Source of the DNA: an uncultured Verrucomicrobiae bacterium
GTDB taxonomy: Bacteria; Verrucomicrobiota; Verrucomicrobiia; Chthoniobacterales; UBA10450
Length of the DNA stretch: 64,000 nucleotides
Direction: 5' to 3'
Assembly (NCBI GenBank): GCA_963815455.1
Contig: CAWFGO010000001.1
Coordinates: 576,001-640,000 of the forward strand
The stretch's first letter is position 1, and every line of letters starts with the position of its first letter. Made by a program: the position numbers and the translations under genes. This document shows positions 44,367-55,528 of the stretch, one piece after another. The notes under the pieces were generated by a model, which was not told the DNA's origin, made no database searches, and was given only the letters and a program-made list of their open reading frames with translations.

Positions 44367-44795
44367 TTGACGACAACGTATATTGATTCTGGAGTTCTGA
44401 TTTACGCCGCCAGAGGGACGGATAGTGCTGCAGAATTAGCGCTGCCTTTTCTCAAGTCGCGTGCTCGGCGGTTTGTTACGAGTGATTACGTCCGCTTGGA
44501 AGTCCTGCCAAAAGCAGTGTGGTACAAAAATACGGCAGAAGTGGCGTTCTACGAGGGGTTCTTCAAACTCAATTTCCGGGTCGTGCGGACAGGTCCTGAA
44601 TTGCTCGATCTGGCAATGGAAGAAGCGTGCCGGAATGGCATCGGGGGGATGGACGCGCTTCATGTTGCTGCAGCGGTGTTCGGGGGCGCTGAGGAATTAG
44701 TGACATCCGAACGTGTGACAAAGCCCATTCATCGGACAAAGCTTTTGCGCGTTGTATCAATCTTCGGCGTCGAGACGGAATCGCGAGAAACTTGA
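44367..44795 (+). CDS. PIN-domain (VapC-like) nuclease
   Basis: YIDSGVLI, RLEVLP, MDALHVAAA, LVTSE. Confidence 0.88.
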   Translation: MTTTYIDSGVLIYAARGTDSAAELALPFLKSRARRFVTSDYVRLEVLPKAVWYKNTAEVAFYEGFFKLNFRVVRTGPELLDLAMEEACRNGIGGMDALHVAAAVFGGAEELVTSERVTKPIHRTKLLRVVSIFGVETESRET

Positions 44796-44863
44796 GTTGC
44801 GATATTGCTAAAGGGCCAAACTAGCCAGTTATGCCCCGCAGCTGCGGTCAAAATACGGATCAA

Positions 44864-45949
44864 CTATACAATCGCCGGTGGCTCCTGCTGCTCTTCCCCG
44901 TAGAATTGTGACCAAGGATAGCCTTGCTGGAAGATTCGTATCATCTGGTCGTTAACGAATCCAAAGTAGAAGGCCTTCCCGAAGCAGGCAGGATTGATAT
45001 CGATGTTCTTTTTCTGCCATGTCCGGGAATGAAATCGCGCAATTACGTAGCTGACGAAATCCGCCAGCTCGAGACACGGCTGAGAACCGGGTTGAACAAA
45101 CTGCGGGTCCGGAATGGTTATGCATCGCGAAAGGAATGCGAACTGAAATGTGTTTCGGTTCTCCAAGTAGAACCTGCTAGCAGTCTTGAACGAGTCGTCT
45201 TGATCAAAAACGAAATTCGGTTGCAGCCCCATGCTCGTGTTCTCGTCGATGAGTTTCATTATCAAGTGAACGAAAGAAAAAGCTCTTGCCGCCTCGAGTG
45301 TTCTTACTCCGAGTTGATGGGTCGCTGATAAGTTAAACACAAAAAGCTCGTTGTTTAATTCCAGCATGAGCTCGCCAAGTGCTTGAACAGCAGCCACGCG
45401 TTTATTCATGGCCCAATGAGCAAACACCGGGTGCCCCTGAGGCTTATTGACCAAATCTACCATGTGGAAGCGCCATTGTTCCGGCATCAGGCTGGGGCAA
45501 AGCCTAATCTTAAGTTCACGCACCGCTTGATTAGTTTTCTTTATAACTACCGGGGATGCTCCGACTAGGGTGTATGTCCAAATAAACGTGCCCGGTGGGA
45601 TTGAGTCCCGGTAGGCTTCATCACCGAAAAGCAATAATTTTCCTTTCACCCCCATGCGGGGAAAGTGAATCATCACGGTTTCCCCGCACGCGGAACATGG
45701 AATGCCTTCGCTAATCTGGACCCACATTTTTTTGTTATGAATTGGATCGAAATCTAGGGGCATTACAGGGTCGTTATGAACTCGTTGTGTAGTCCACGGG
45801 ATCGCAAGGGAAGCACCACAGGCTTGGCAGGCGACGGTCTTTCCGACGAGGTCTAAAGGTAGATATTCTAAATCGTGCAAAGAGTAATGAGCCTCCCCGT
45901 AATGTTGGCCAAACAATTGGCTGTGCCAAGGTCCCGACAGGTCCAGCAT
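44864..45949 (-). CDS. DUF3800-like protein with N-terminal Zn ribbon
   Basis: CQAC...CSAC, LFGDEA, FHMVDL, FVFD, LELADFVSY. Confidence 0.6.
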   Translation of the reverse strand: MLDLSGPWHSQLFGQHYGEAHYSLHDLEYLPLDLVGKTVACQACGASLAIPWTTQRVHNDPVMPLDFDPIHNKKMWVQISEGIPCSACGETVMIHFPRMGVKGKLLLFGDEAYRDSIPPGTFIWTYTLVGASPVVIKKTNQAVRELKIRLCPSLMPEQWRFHMVDLVNKPQGHPVFAHWAMNKRVAAVQALGELMLELNNELFVFNLSATHQLGVRTLEAARAFSFVHLIMKLIDENTSMGLQPNFVFDQDDSFKTASRFYLENRNTFQFAFLSRCITIPDPQFVQPGSQPCLELADFVSYVIARFHSRTWQKKNIDINPACFGKAFYFGFVNDQMIRIFQQGYPWSQFYGEEQQEPPAIV

Positions 45950-46029
45950 CGAGCTATTGCTTTTGTGTCACGCGGTTTAAGACAGGAGATGACGCCTAAC
46001 GATTCCTGCAAAAATCCCGTTTTCGTATC

Positions 46030-46065
46030 AGGAAACCTCCGTTCTATCCGTTGAACTACGGGGAC
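46030..46065 (-). pseudogene. tRNA-Arg 5' half ending in the anticodon loop
   Basis: Reverse complement gtccccgtagttcaacggatagaacggaggtttcct, 33/36 identical to 42923-42958. Confidence 0.85.
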
Positions 46066-46400
46066 CTCCTCAGACGTCAGATGTCAGAAGTCCGAGGTCA
46101 GAATCTTAGATTGCTGATTTGCTATTCGGATTTGCCGGCGGACGACGGGCGTGGAACTGGAACGGCTAAAATGAGAGAGCGGCAGAGGCTTACGCCGCCT
46201 GCCGCTCCTGCTCTCGAACCCACGAGAGCTTCCCTTAACCCAAACCCTGCCTAAAATCTATGGCAATTCTGGTTTTAATGTAAATTATGACCCCGCGCAA
46301 CTGAAATCTTTGGCCGGCTCCTATTCACCAACCCGCGATTCCATTCTTGCCTAACCGAGCGATTATCCGCAGAATCCGCGCACTTGAGGCCGAGAATTAT

Positions 46401-46979
46401 ATGAAAAAGAACAAATTCAGCGACGTCTTGATCAATAAATTAACCGGACCTGCGATCGTGTGCGTCGCGCTGGCAGTGTCGCTGTTTCTTACCGCCTGCG
46501 GGTCAACCTCCAGTTTGCAGGGACCACAGGGAACTGTGATTACTCCGACCAGAAAGTTCTCCAAAGTAACCGTGCAGAATTTTACCTCCTCCGGTCCGGA
46601 AGTGGGAGAGAACCTCGATAAGGCGAAGACCTATTTTCCCGACCGCATCGCCACCGAGATCAGGAGGGGAGGCCGATTCGCGAGCGTGGCTCGCAACGCC
46701 AAGCCGGACGCGAACACCCTGGTCATCAGGGGCGTAATCACCAAATACGAAGAGGGCAACCCGATGATGCGTTTCTTCATCGGTATGGGAGCGGGCAGCT
46801 CCTTCCTTGAAGCCGACGTGGAATTTCGAAGCAACAAGGGAGCGACGGTCGGCCGAATCAAAGTCGACAAGAATAGTTGGGCGCTGGGTGGCGGCATCGC
46901 GGCCGGCCAGAATCCGCAATCGTTCATGAACGGCGCTTCGGATAAGATCGCCGAGGAAGCGGCCAAGCTGGCGAAGTAA
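46401..46979 (+). CDS. DUF4410-like lipoprotein
   Basis: LTAC lipobox, EGNPMMRFFIGMGAG. Confidence 0.8.
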   Translation: MKKNKFSDVLINKLTGPAIVCVALAVSLFLTACGSTSSLQGPQGTVITPTRKFSKVTVQNFTSSGPEVGENLDKAKTYFPDRIATEIRRGGRFASVARNAKPDANTLVIRGVITKYEEGNPMMRFFIGMGAGSSFLEADVEFRSNKGATVGRIKVDKNSWALGGGIAAGQNPQSFMNGASDKIAEEAAKLAK

Positions 46980-46983
46980 CTCT

Positions 46984-47274
46984 CTACTTCAGCAAGCGCT
47001 GCCGAATGGCTTGCTCGGTCAACCCGTCGATCCGAAGCAGTTTGTCGCGCGATTTCTGACCACGCACGAGAGCGATCTGGCGTTCGGAGATGTTCAGTTC
47101 CCTAGCGAGAAAACTGCGCAGCGCGGCATTGGCTTTCCCTTCCACCGCCGGTGCTCGCAACTTGATCTTGATCGCGCCTCCGTGTCCGCCACGGGACGGA
47201 TTCGCCGTGGCGAGCTCGCCCACAACTTTGTCGATCTTGGCGTTGGGAACGATGTGAAATCGAAGCGTGGCCAT
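46984..47274 (-). CDS. DUF167/YggU-family protein with a 10-aa palindrome-derived insertion
   Basis: VPNA, APAVEGKANAAL, GQKSRDK. Confidence 0.88.
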   Translation of the reverse strand: MATLRFHIVPNAKIDKVVGELATANPSRGGHGGAIKIKLRAPAVEGKANAALRSFLARELNISERQIALVRGQKSRDKLLRIDGLTEQAIRQRLLK

Positions 47275-47385
47275 TCACCAACTGTAGCGGCGGTCTCTGA
47301 CCGTCGCATCAATTCCGATCAGCTACTTCGCGTCGGCGGCAAAACAAACCTCGGTTTCATGCGTGTCTTGAACTAACTTGGGAGC

Positions 47386-47916
47386 GTGATCCCAATCCGC
47401 ACCTACTTGAACGTAGCCCAGGCCGAGCTGGCAAAATCGCTCCTCGATGATCACGGAATTTTCTGCGCCGTCGCGCATGAAAACGCGCACCTTTACGGTG
47501 GGAGTCCATTTGCAATGCCGATTCAATTGCTGGTCGCCGAAGATCAGGCCAGGCAGGCGATCCAAATTCTCGATGGGCGGGTAGAAACGGCGACCGATGC
47601 CCAAGCGCCTGTTCCCGTCCCGCTTCCGGTTTCCGATCGGGAAACTCGCGGCCTAATCGCCAAGGATAACCCCTGGGAGCTACTGGTCATGGCCGCCCTT
47701 TTCCTTTTGCCGGGAATTTGGGGATTATGGGTGAAATATCCGGCGGTCAACGCCTTCGAACGGCAAACGCATGCCGCTGTCATCGCCGTCTCGGTGTTTC
47801 ACTTCTTCGCCTTGCTCGCTGTCGCCTTCGCGATGTGCCTCATCTTCGGTTACGTATATGCCCGGGCATCGATCGTCCGCGATAAGCGAGCCGCATCCCC
47901 GCAGACTCCAAGCTGA
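47386..47916 (+). CDS. DUF2007-like protein with C-terminal TM segments
   Basis: AELAKSLLDDHGI, IQLLVAEDQARQAIQIL. Confidence 0.75.
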   Translation: MIPIRTYLNVAQAELAKSLLDDHGIFCAVAHENAHLYGGSPFAMPIQLLVAEDQARQAIQILDGRVETATDAQAPVPVPLPVSDRETRGLIAKDNPWELLVMAALFLLPGIWGLWVKYPAVNAFERQTHAAVIAVSVFHFFALLAVAFAMCLIFGYVYARASIVRDKRAASPQTPS

Positions 47917-48025
47917 CTGGAATCTGGCCTAACGGAGTGCTTTTCCTTTTATCCTTTTGGCGTCTGGGAAACCACCGCTGCTTGTTAACGTGGGGCGCGA
48001 GCAGACGCGTCGCCCGGCGAAGGGT

Positions 48026-48556
48026 CTAGACCTTGGGCGGCTCTTCCCCGAGGCCGCGAAAATGTTCCTCCAAGAACACGAGATCGTCGACATCTTTGGC
48101 GCGCCGGGTTGGCTTTTTTGTTCGCCAAAGCAAACGCGGCGAAGCGAACGGGATCGGAACCCCTTGCACGTTGCGAACGACGATTTCCTTCGCCGCTTCA
48201 GCGTACTCAATTCCACCTGCCGCTTTCATGAGATCGACCATGATCTCATCGCCCACGCGAACAACACCGTATTGCGAAATCTCGCCAGGCTTTAGTTCAC
48301 GGACCGCCTTGTCCGGCAGGATTTCGAGGGCTTCGAAGACAAGCGCCTCGTTTTCCATCGATGTCTCGATCAACAAATCGACGTCGGCGGTTGTCCTGGC
48401 AAACCCCGCGACGATGATCGCGAAGCCACCGATGACAATATACTTGGCGCCCAATTCATTCAATTTGCGGCAAACCGCAACGAGATCCGTCTCTTCGGGG
48501 ACACGCGTTGTCAGTTCTTCCGCGGGCGGCGGCGGCTCATCCATTGCAACAACCAT
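48026..48556 (-). CDS. Nucleotidyltransferase-fold protein
   Basis: YIVIGGFA, RTTADVDLL, K..TRRAKDVDD. Confidence 0.8.
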   Translation of the reverse strand: MVVAMDEPPPPAEELTTRVPEETDLVAVCRKLNELGAKYIVIGGFAIIVAGFARTTADVDLLIETSMENEALVFEALEILPDKAVRELKPGEISQYGVVRVGDEIMVDLMKAAGGIEYAEAAKEIVVRNVQGVPIPFASPRLLWRTKKPTRRAKDVDDLVFLEEHFRGLGEEPPKV

Positions 48557-48756
48557 TCATCAGCTTCTTCATGCGTCTTAAACCGGAAAACACCGGTGGG
48601 ACAAATCCCCTCAAGATGATTTTGAAGGCAGTTGACTGTCTTCTGTAATTTCATCGCCACTGCGAAAGCGTCAGCGGCCGGCTTGCGTCGTCCGACGGTT
48701 CTGCCGATTTTTTCTCCAAAGTTAACGACCGGCTCCATGTTGTCTGAAGGTCGCAT
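48511..48756 (-). CDS. Small hypothetical partner of the nucleotidyltransferase
   Basis: GVFRFKTHEEADEW; overlaps the nucleotidyltransferase start. Confidence 0.6.
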   Translation of the reverse strand: MRPSDNMEPVVNFGEKIGRTVGRRKPAADAFAVAMKLQKTVNCLQNHLEGICPTGVFRFKTHEEADEWLLQWMSRRRPRKN

Positions 48757-48780
48757 ATTCCAAGCGTCGAGCCAAGCAAC

Positions 48781-49755
48781 TTAGAGGCCCACTGCATCGC
48801 GCACTCGTCGCATTACTTGATCAGCGACTTCGTTGGCCCGCTTGGCGCCGCGGGCGAGGACTTTGTCGATGTACGTTTTGTCGGCCAAAATTTCTTCCCG
48901 GCGTTTGCGCATGGGAGCGAAATATCCCCAGAGCTTTTCAAACAGCTCTTTCTTGAAATCGCCGTAACCAGTTCCCCCTTTTTGAAATCGCTCGCGCATA
49001 TTCGCGATTTCATCTTTCGATGCGAAGAGCGAATACAAATGAAGGATTGTCGATTTGGACGAATCCTTCGGAGCTTCCACCGGTGTGGAGTCGGTCACGA
49101 TGCTCATCACCCGTTTCCGCGTTTCCTTTTCGTCGCCGAAGATGTCGATGTTATTGTTGTAACTCTTGCTCATTTTCTGGCCATCAATTCCGGGAACAAC
49201 CTCGGTCGCAGCATGAATGCGCGGCTCGGGCAATTTGAAAATTCGCCCGTCCGGCTCGGACCCGTAGGTCTCGTTTATTTTCACGGCCAGATCGCGGGTC
49301 ATCTCGATGTGCTGTTTTTGATCTTTGCCGACCGGCACGACGTCGCTGTCGTAAATCAAAATATCGGCGGCCATGAGGACCGGGTAGCTGAACAGTCCAA
49401 CGGTCGGCGCGAGCCCGCGGGCCAGTTTATCTTTGTAAGAGTGTGCGCGCTCGAGCAGGCCCATTGGCGCGACGGTTGATAAAATCCAAGCCAGCTCTGT
49501 CACTTGCGGCACGTCCGACTGAAGAAAAAGCGCGCCTTTATTCGGATCGAGGCCGCAGGCTAGAAAATCGAGCGCCACGCGGTGGCTATTTTCGCGCAAT
49601 ACCTTCGGGTCGCGCACGCTGGTGAGCGCATGATACTCGGCGATGAAATAGAACGCTTCGCCTTCGGCCTGGAGCGCGATCGCCGGGCGCATCATGCCAA
49701 AGTAATTGCCGATGTGCAGCAGACCGCTGGGCTGAATACCGGATAGAATTCGCAT
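48781..49755 (-). CDS. trpS: Tryptophan-tRNA ligase
   Basis: SGIQPSG, HIGN, YPVLMAADIL, VPVGKDQ, KMSKS. Confidence 0.98.
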   Translation of the reverse strand: MRILSGIQPSGLLHIGNYFGMMRPAIALQAEGEAFYFIAEYHALTSVRDPKVLRENSHRVALDFLACGLDPNKGALFLQSDVPQVTELAWILSTVAPMGLLERAHSYKDKLARGLAPTVGLFSYPVLMAADILIYDSDVVPVGKDQKQHIEMTRDLAVKINETYGSEPDGRIFKLPEPRIHAATEVVPGIDGQKMSKSYNNNIDIFGDEKETRKRVMSIVTDSTPVEAPKDSSKSTILHLYSLFASKDEIANMRERFQKGGTGYGDFKKELFEKLWGYFAPMRKRREEILADKTYIDKVLARGAKRANEVADQVMRRVRDAVGL

Positions 49756-49764
49756 CTTCTTAGC

Positions 49765-50528
49765 CTAATCTCGATCAACCAAAGGAAATTTGATCCATCC
49801 AACGGCGTCGCGTGGGAGCACAGGCTCGATTGCGTGATCGGTAATTCGAAAGTAGTAAAGCTTCATCGCACGATCATAGTAAGGATCTATAAGCCGTGGC
49901 GGAATCATACGGCCTTTTGCAAAGGTTACCCCAGACATGGTTTTCGCGAAGGCCGTCCCCCTACCAATCTTGCCTGCACAGACCACTTCACCGGGTCGCA
50001 CGCCTTCAGTAGACATCGCTTCGCGATCAAATTCTGTTTCGAATCTGATTGTTTCGGCCCGAGTCGTTTTTAAAGAATCCGAGAATCGCAATGAATTCGC
50101 GGACTCGGGGCCCAGGGAGCACTTCGAGTTTCTCAAGAATAATCGAGAAGGGATCACCACCAAGGTGTCCATGAATTCGTGTATCGAGTATTCCCGTGAC
50201 GCGCACCCAGCGTGCATTGACGTGATCGTACAAACCTCTTTTGGCACGTGCCGGAGTTTCGTACGGCACAAAAATCGCGCTGGTGTCGTCGCAGTCACGT
50301 TTGCGTGAATTAAGGCAATCTTTGACATCGCGCCACGCTTTTGCATCTCTCCAAACCCACAGGAGACCGCCATCTGCATCAGCAATTCCTCTGATCGTGA
50401 CACGCTTTCGGTCGTACTTTCCAGGATTACTGAAAAGCTCTTGGAAACGGACTTCAGTTGTAGAAGCGACAGCGCTCGCACGCATGGTGATCAATAATCG
50501 CGACGATCAGGGTAATCGAAATGCGCAT
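49765..50528 (-). CDS. Exported hypothetical protein (frameshifted, lower GC)
   Basis: Signal-like start, ELFSNPGKYDRKRVTIRG; pieces lie in three frames. Confidence 0.45.
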
Positions 50529-50731
50529 ATCGATTTCAGTTGAACCAACGAGAAATTCCTCGACTAGGTCGGGAATGACAAGCGATGTGCAGAATGCCGC
50601 TCGGTTGTATGCCAGGAATAGGATACGCATGCTGGTGCCAGTTAAGTCCGCAATCGGCGATCCGCAATCCGCAGCATATTTGCACTGTTTCTCGCTCGCA
50701 ATTTGCCCGTTAACCGCTAGATAAACCCGAA

Positions 50732-51686
<955 letters not shown>

Positions 51687-51694
<8 letters not shown>

Positions 51695-53766
51695 TGAAGC
51701 GCACGTGAAAAAAAAATTTCAGACACGCGCGGTTTTGGCGATGTCGATCTTGCTTATCGCTGTTGCGCTGATCGCCACAAACAAAGCTTTTGGAAAAAAG
51801 CCTCTGCGTTTTCAGCCGGAATGGGCTGCGTTATCACCAGTGCTGGGCAACTATCCGAACATATCCATCCCGCTCAGCGCAAATACAGCGGTTCCTCCTG
51901 ATGCCACGCCAATCAATGTGACAAGCATCAATGTCTCAACCTCGACCGGCTTCAAAGGCAGGCTTGAAGGCTATCCGGCAACGGGTGTGGTGCGCGTGAC
52001 GGACGCGCATCCGGCCGGAATTTTTACCGTAACCGTCAAAGCGTTCGACAGCGGTGGCGCGAGCACGACCAAGACATTTACGTTGACGGTAACAACGCCG
52101 GCAATGTGCTTCCCGGTGAGCTTCGCAGCGGGAGCCGTCAACGTTGGCAGAAGTCCCTATTCAATAGCAGTGGGTGATTTTAATGGCGATGGCAGGCAAG
52201 ATCTCGTCGTAGCGGACTTGAACATGTCGATCTTGTTGGGCGATGACATGGGCAATTTTAGCGTCTCTGCAAATTTCGGCGCCGGTAGTCGCCCTATCTC
52301 GGTAGCAGTGGGTGATTTTAACGGCGATGGAAAGCAAGATCTTGCGGTCGCCAACCATGGCTCGGGCAATGTGTCGATTCTGTTGGGCGATGGCGCAGGC
52401 CACTTTAGCACTGGTGACAAACCTTAGCACTGGCACTTATCCTTGGTCAGTGGCGGTGGGCGATTTCAACACCGACGGCAGGCAAGATCTTGCAGTGGTT
52501 AACTCTTCCTCAGGCACGGTGTCTATTCTGTTAGGCGACGGCGCGGGGAATTTCAGTGCCGCTGCGAATTTCACTCCAGGGAGTGCTCCTGTCTCAGTCG
52601 CGATCGGCGATTTCGACGGCGATGGGAAGCAAGACCTCGCGGTTGCCAACTTCAACTCAAGCAATGTATCGATTCTGTTGGGCGACGGCGCGGGCAGCTT
52701 CAGTCTCGCCAAAAACTTCCCAGTTGCCGCCGATCCTTTATCAGTGGCAGTGGGCGATTTCAACGGCGATGGCAGGCAAGATCTTGCGGTCGCCCACAAT
52801 GAATTCGCAGGCACGGTATCGATTCTCCTAGGCGATGGCACGGGCAATTTCAGCCCCGCCACAAAGTTCAGCGCTCATAGCTATCCCTGGTCGGTGGTCG
52901 TAGGCGATTTCAATGGCGACGGCATCCAGGATCTTGCTGTAGCGAACTCCGACTCCAACGATGTGTCGATCTTGCTTGGGGATGCCAAGGGTAATTTTGG
53001 CCCCCCCTTCGACTTCGGTCTTCCCTATGGTTCGGGTGGTGTTGTGTCAGTAGCGGTGGGCGATTTCAATGGCGATGGCAAGCAAGACCTCGCTGCTGCC
53101 AACACTTTATCGGACGAGGTATGGCTTTTCTTGCGCAACTGCGCCCTAACTCCGACAAGCGTTGCCTCGCGAAAGACACACGGAACGGCCGGACCGTTCG
53201 ACATAGATCTGCCTTTGACCGGTAACTCGGGAATTGAGTGTCGCACGGGCGGGGCGACGAATGACCATCAGTTAATGGTGACCTATGCCGGCAATGTTTT
53301 GATCACTGGAGATCCGCAAGCGGCGGTGACTTCGGGAACGGGCATGATCGGGAGCGGCGGTGTGAGCAATGGCGGCGTGGTGACAATCGCCGGAAATGTT
53401 GTGACGGTTCCGCTGACCAACGTTGCCAATGCGCAGACAATTAACGTCACGCTCTTCGGTCTGAACGGCGGTGGCAATCTCGTCATCCCGATGAGGACGC
53501 TTGCTGGCGACGCTAACGAAAGTGGCGTCGTAAACGCGTCTGATGTTTCATTGGTAAAGTCGCGAATGGGTCAGCCAGTTGATGCGACAAACTTCAGGTC
53601 TGATGTGAACGCCGATGGCGTCAACAACGCCACCGATGTGGCGATCATCAAGTTCAACCTCGGTACCAGCTTGTCCCTTGTGGAACGCAATTCGCCCAAC
53701 GGCCGCAACCGGCGCCTATCCTTGGCGGGATCAAGGAAACGATCGAATATTTCCGCAATTCATTGA
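51687..53766 (+). CDS. Secreted FG-GAP/VCBS seven-repeat protein with C-terminal Ig-like+dockerin module (frameshift near 52420)
   Basis: Seven GDF(N/D)xDGxQDL repeats; VASRKTHG...[13 protein letters not shown]...DVNADG. Confidence 0.88.
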
Positions 53767-53853
53767 AACCTTAAGACCGCGCGCGGCGGGGTTCATTAAT
53801 CCGATGCGAGATTTCACTGGCATTTGCGGCGTTTGGGCTCACAATCCTCAGGT

Positions 53854-54399
53854 ATGAAACGGGCGTTTTGGGTCGGGCTTTGCGTTTTGGGACTTGGTTT
53901 TCCCGCGGGGGCCCAGCAAATCAACCCTTCGCTCGACGCCTCTTACGCGTTCGCCCTCTATCGACCGGAAATTTTTAATATGGTGGATGGGTCTACACTG
54001 ATCGAGCGCCTGCCCGTGCGCACCTTTTTGGATGGAACGCTTCTGCCGTTTTCAACCGCGCTTGGCCGGATGGGAACCGCGCCTCTGGAGTTACCCTCGC
54101 TGGCCTTCGTAAGCGTCACCAAAACCAAAAAGGCAAGCGCTTCGCCGGCACGCCGGACGGACGGAAAAGATTTTGAGACGGACGGGAAGGATTCACCCGA
54201 CGACGTGATGATTTCGCAATCGAACCCGCTCCATTACGGCGGGGAAGTCGGCGCGTTCTACGGCGCGTGGAGCGGGAAATACAGTGGCGACGCGATGGGG
54301 ACATATATGCAGGGCAGCGTGGGCAACGACAAATTCCAGATCAACGTCGGCGCTTCCTACCAGGAGTGGAACGTAAACAATCCGCGCGGACGCCACTGA
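53854..54399 (+). CDS. Exported hypothetical protein
   Basis: Signal peptide, two TDGKD motifs, beta-rich C-terminus. Confidence 0.6.
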   Translation: MKRAFWVGLCVLGLGFPAGAQQINPSLDASYAFALYRPEIFNMVDGSTLIERLPVRTFLDGTLLPFSTALGRMGTAPLELPSLAFVSVTKTKKASASPARRTDGKDFETDGKDSPDDVMISQSNPLHYGGEVGAFYGAWSGKYSGDAMGTYMQGSVGNDKFQINVGASYQEWNVNNPRGRH

Positions 54400-54453
54400 T
54401 CGCTCCCAGTGCTTCCCGGATCTCGTTGCGTTGAGATCAAAGCGAGCTCGCGC

Positions 54454-54636
54454 ATGAGAGAAAACGAGACCGCTTCGCCAGGCAACCTGCCAAAATCCGC
54501 GAAATCCGCAGTTCATCGCACTGACTCCATCGTTTGTCCCGTATGCGGAGCGGCTGCGGTCCAGGAGAAATGCAAGATCATCTGCCGCAGCGAGATTTGC
54601 CGGGGACGCATCATCATGAATTGCTCCGAGTTTTGA
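54454..54636 (+). CDS. Small CPxCG zinc-finger protein
   Basis: CPVCG...KCKIICRSEIC...NCSEF. Confidence 0.6.
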   Translation: MRENETASPGNLPKSAKSAVHRTDSIVCPVCGAAAVQEKCKIICRSEICRGRIIMNCSEF

Positions 54637-54771
54637 GTCTCCCAAGCGGCTGACACAGCCGCCTCTACACGAAACTTTCGTCCGTTTCGGCTGGCGTCGA
54701 ATCGTGGAATTGTGGAATCTTGATGAGTCTCGAATAATTCCGCTCACTCATCGCAAGATCGACATCTCCTT

Positions 54772-55350
54772 ATGAAAACAAATCTTCGGCTTGTCCTGTT
54801 CGTCCTATTTCTGCTGCCGGCTGTATCATTTGGGCAAGGCCGCGCGCCCGCGGTCGAGTTTCAGATCTCGAAGATCACCAAGAACCTGATCTCGATGCCG
54901 CAATTCACTTATACAGGCGCCGAGCAATACGCGGTCAACCAGCGCGAAATGTGGCTGGAAGTGGAAGTCACCTTTTCCGCCGCGCCGGAATGGACCGACG
55001 AGCTGACTTTCAAGTATTACATTCTGTTCAATGGGAAACTGCTCACCGGTGAAGTGACGCACACAAACATTCCAGCCGGCCGCGATAATCGCTCGGTCAT
55101 GTACGTCGCGCCGCGCACACTCGATCGATTTGGGGGAAAACGCGTCGTGACCGCGAACATGATTCAGAACGTCGCGGTCCAGCTCATGCAACAGGGCGCG
55201 GTGAAAAGCGAATCGACCTTGCAGCGCGCCCCGCCGCAATGGTTCACCACCATTCCGCAGGTCGCCGGTTATGTTCTGAACAAGAACGAGACGCCGTTCG
55301 CCCCGCTTTACTGGGACCGCTACGAGCAAATCAAGAGCCCGGCCCGGTAA
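54772..55350 (+). CDS. Amuc_1102-like pilus-associated protein
   Basis: WLEVEV.F, LNKNETPFAPLYWDRYE; first gene of the pilus cluster. Confidence 0.75.
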   Translation: MKTNLRLVLFVLFLLPAVSFGQGRAPAVEFQISKITKNLISMPQFTYTGAEQYAVNQREMWLEVEVTFSAAPEWTDELTFKYYILFNGKLLTGEVTHTNIPAGRDNRSVMYVAPRTLDRFGGKRVVTANMIQNVAVQLMQQGAVKSESTLQRAPPQWFTTIPQVAGYVLNKNETPFAPLYWDRYEQIKSPAR

Positions 55351-55395
55351 GGCCGGGAAATCCCAAATGCGTCAAAGCCGTCTCACTAATCACGC

Positions 55396-55489
55396 TGTCA
55401 TTCTGAGCGGAGCGAAGCGGAATCGAAGAATCCCGCGGCCAGATCCAAACGCGACCCCACGGGATCCCTCGACTGGGCTCGGGATGACA
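55396..55489. repeat. GTCAT/ATGAC REP-like element
   Basis: tgtcattctgagc...gctcgggatgaca arms; related to 15405-15486 and 23012-23043. Confidence 0.8.
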
Positions 55490-55528
55490 TGTGCATCAAG
55501 GGGTTTTGGAGCTTGGAGCCTCTAGCCT

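Noticed and set aside
42923..46065. Prophage or ICE at tRNA-Arg
   Set aside because: No integrase, structural or conjugation genes; only ~3 kb.
52160..53100. Regular ~147-bp DNA repeats as a non-coding array
   Set aside because: They are coding FG-GAP repeats.
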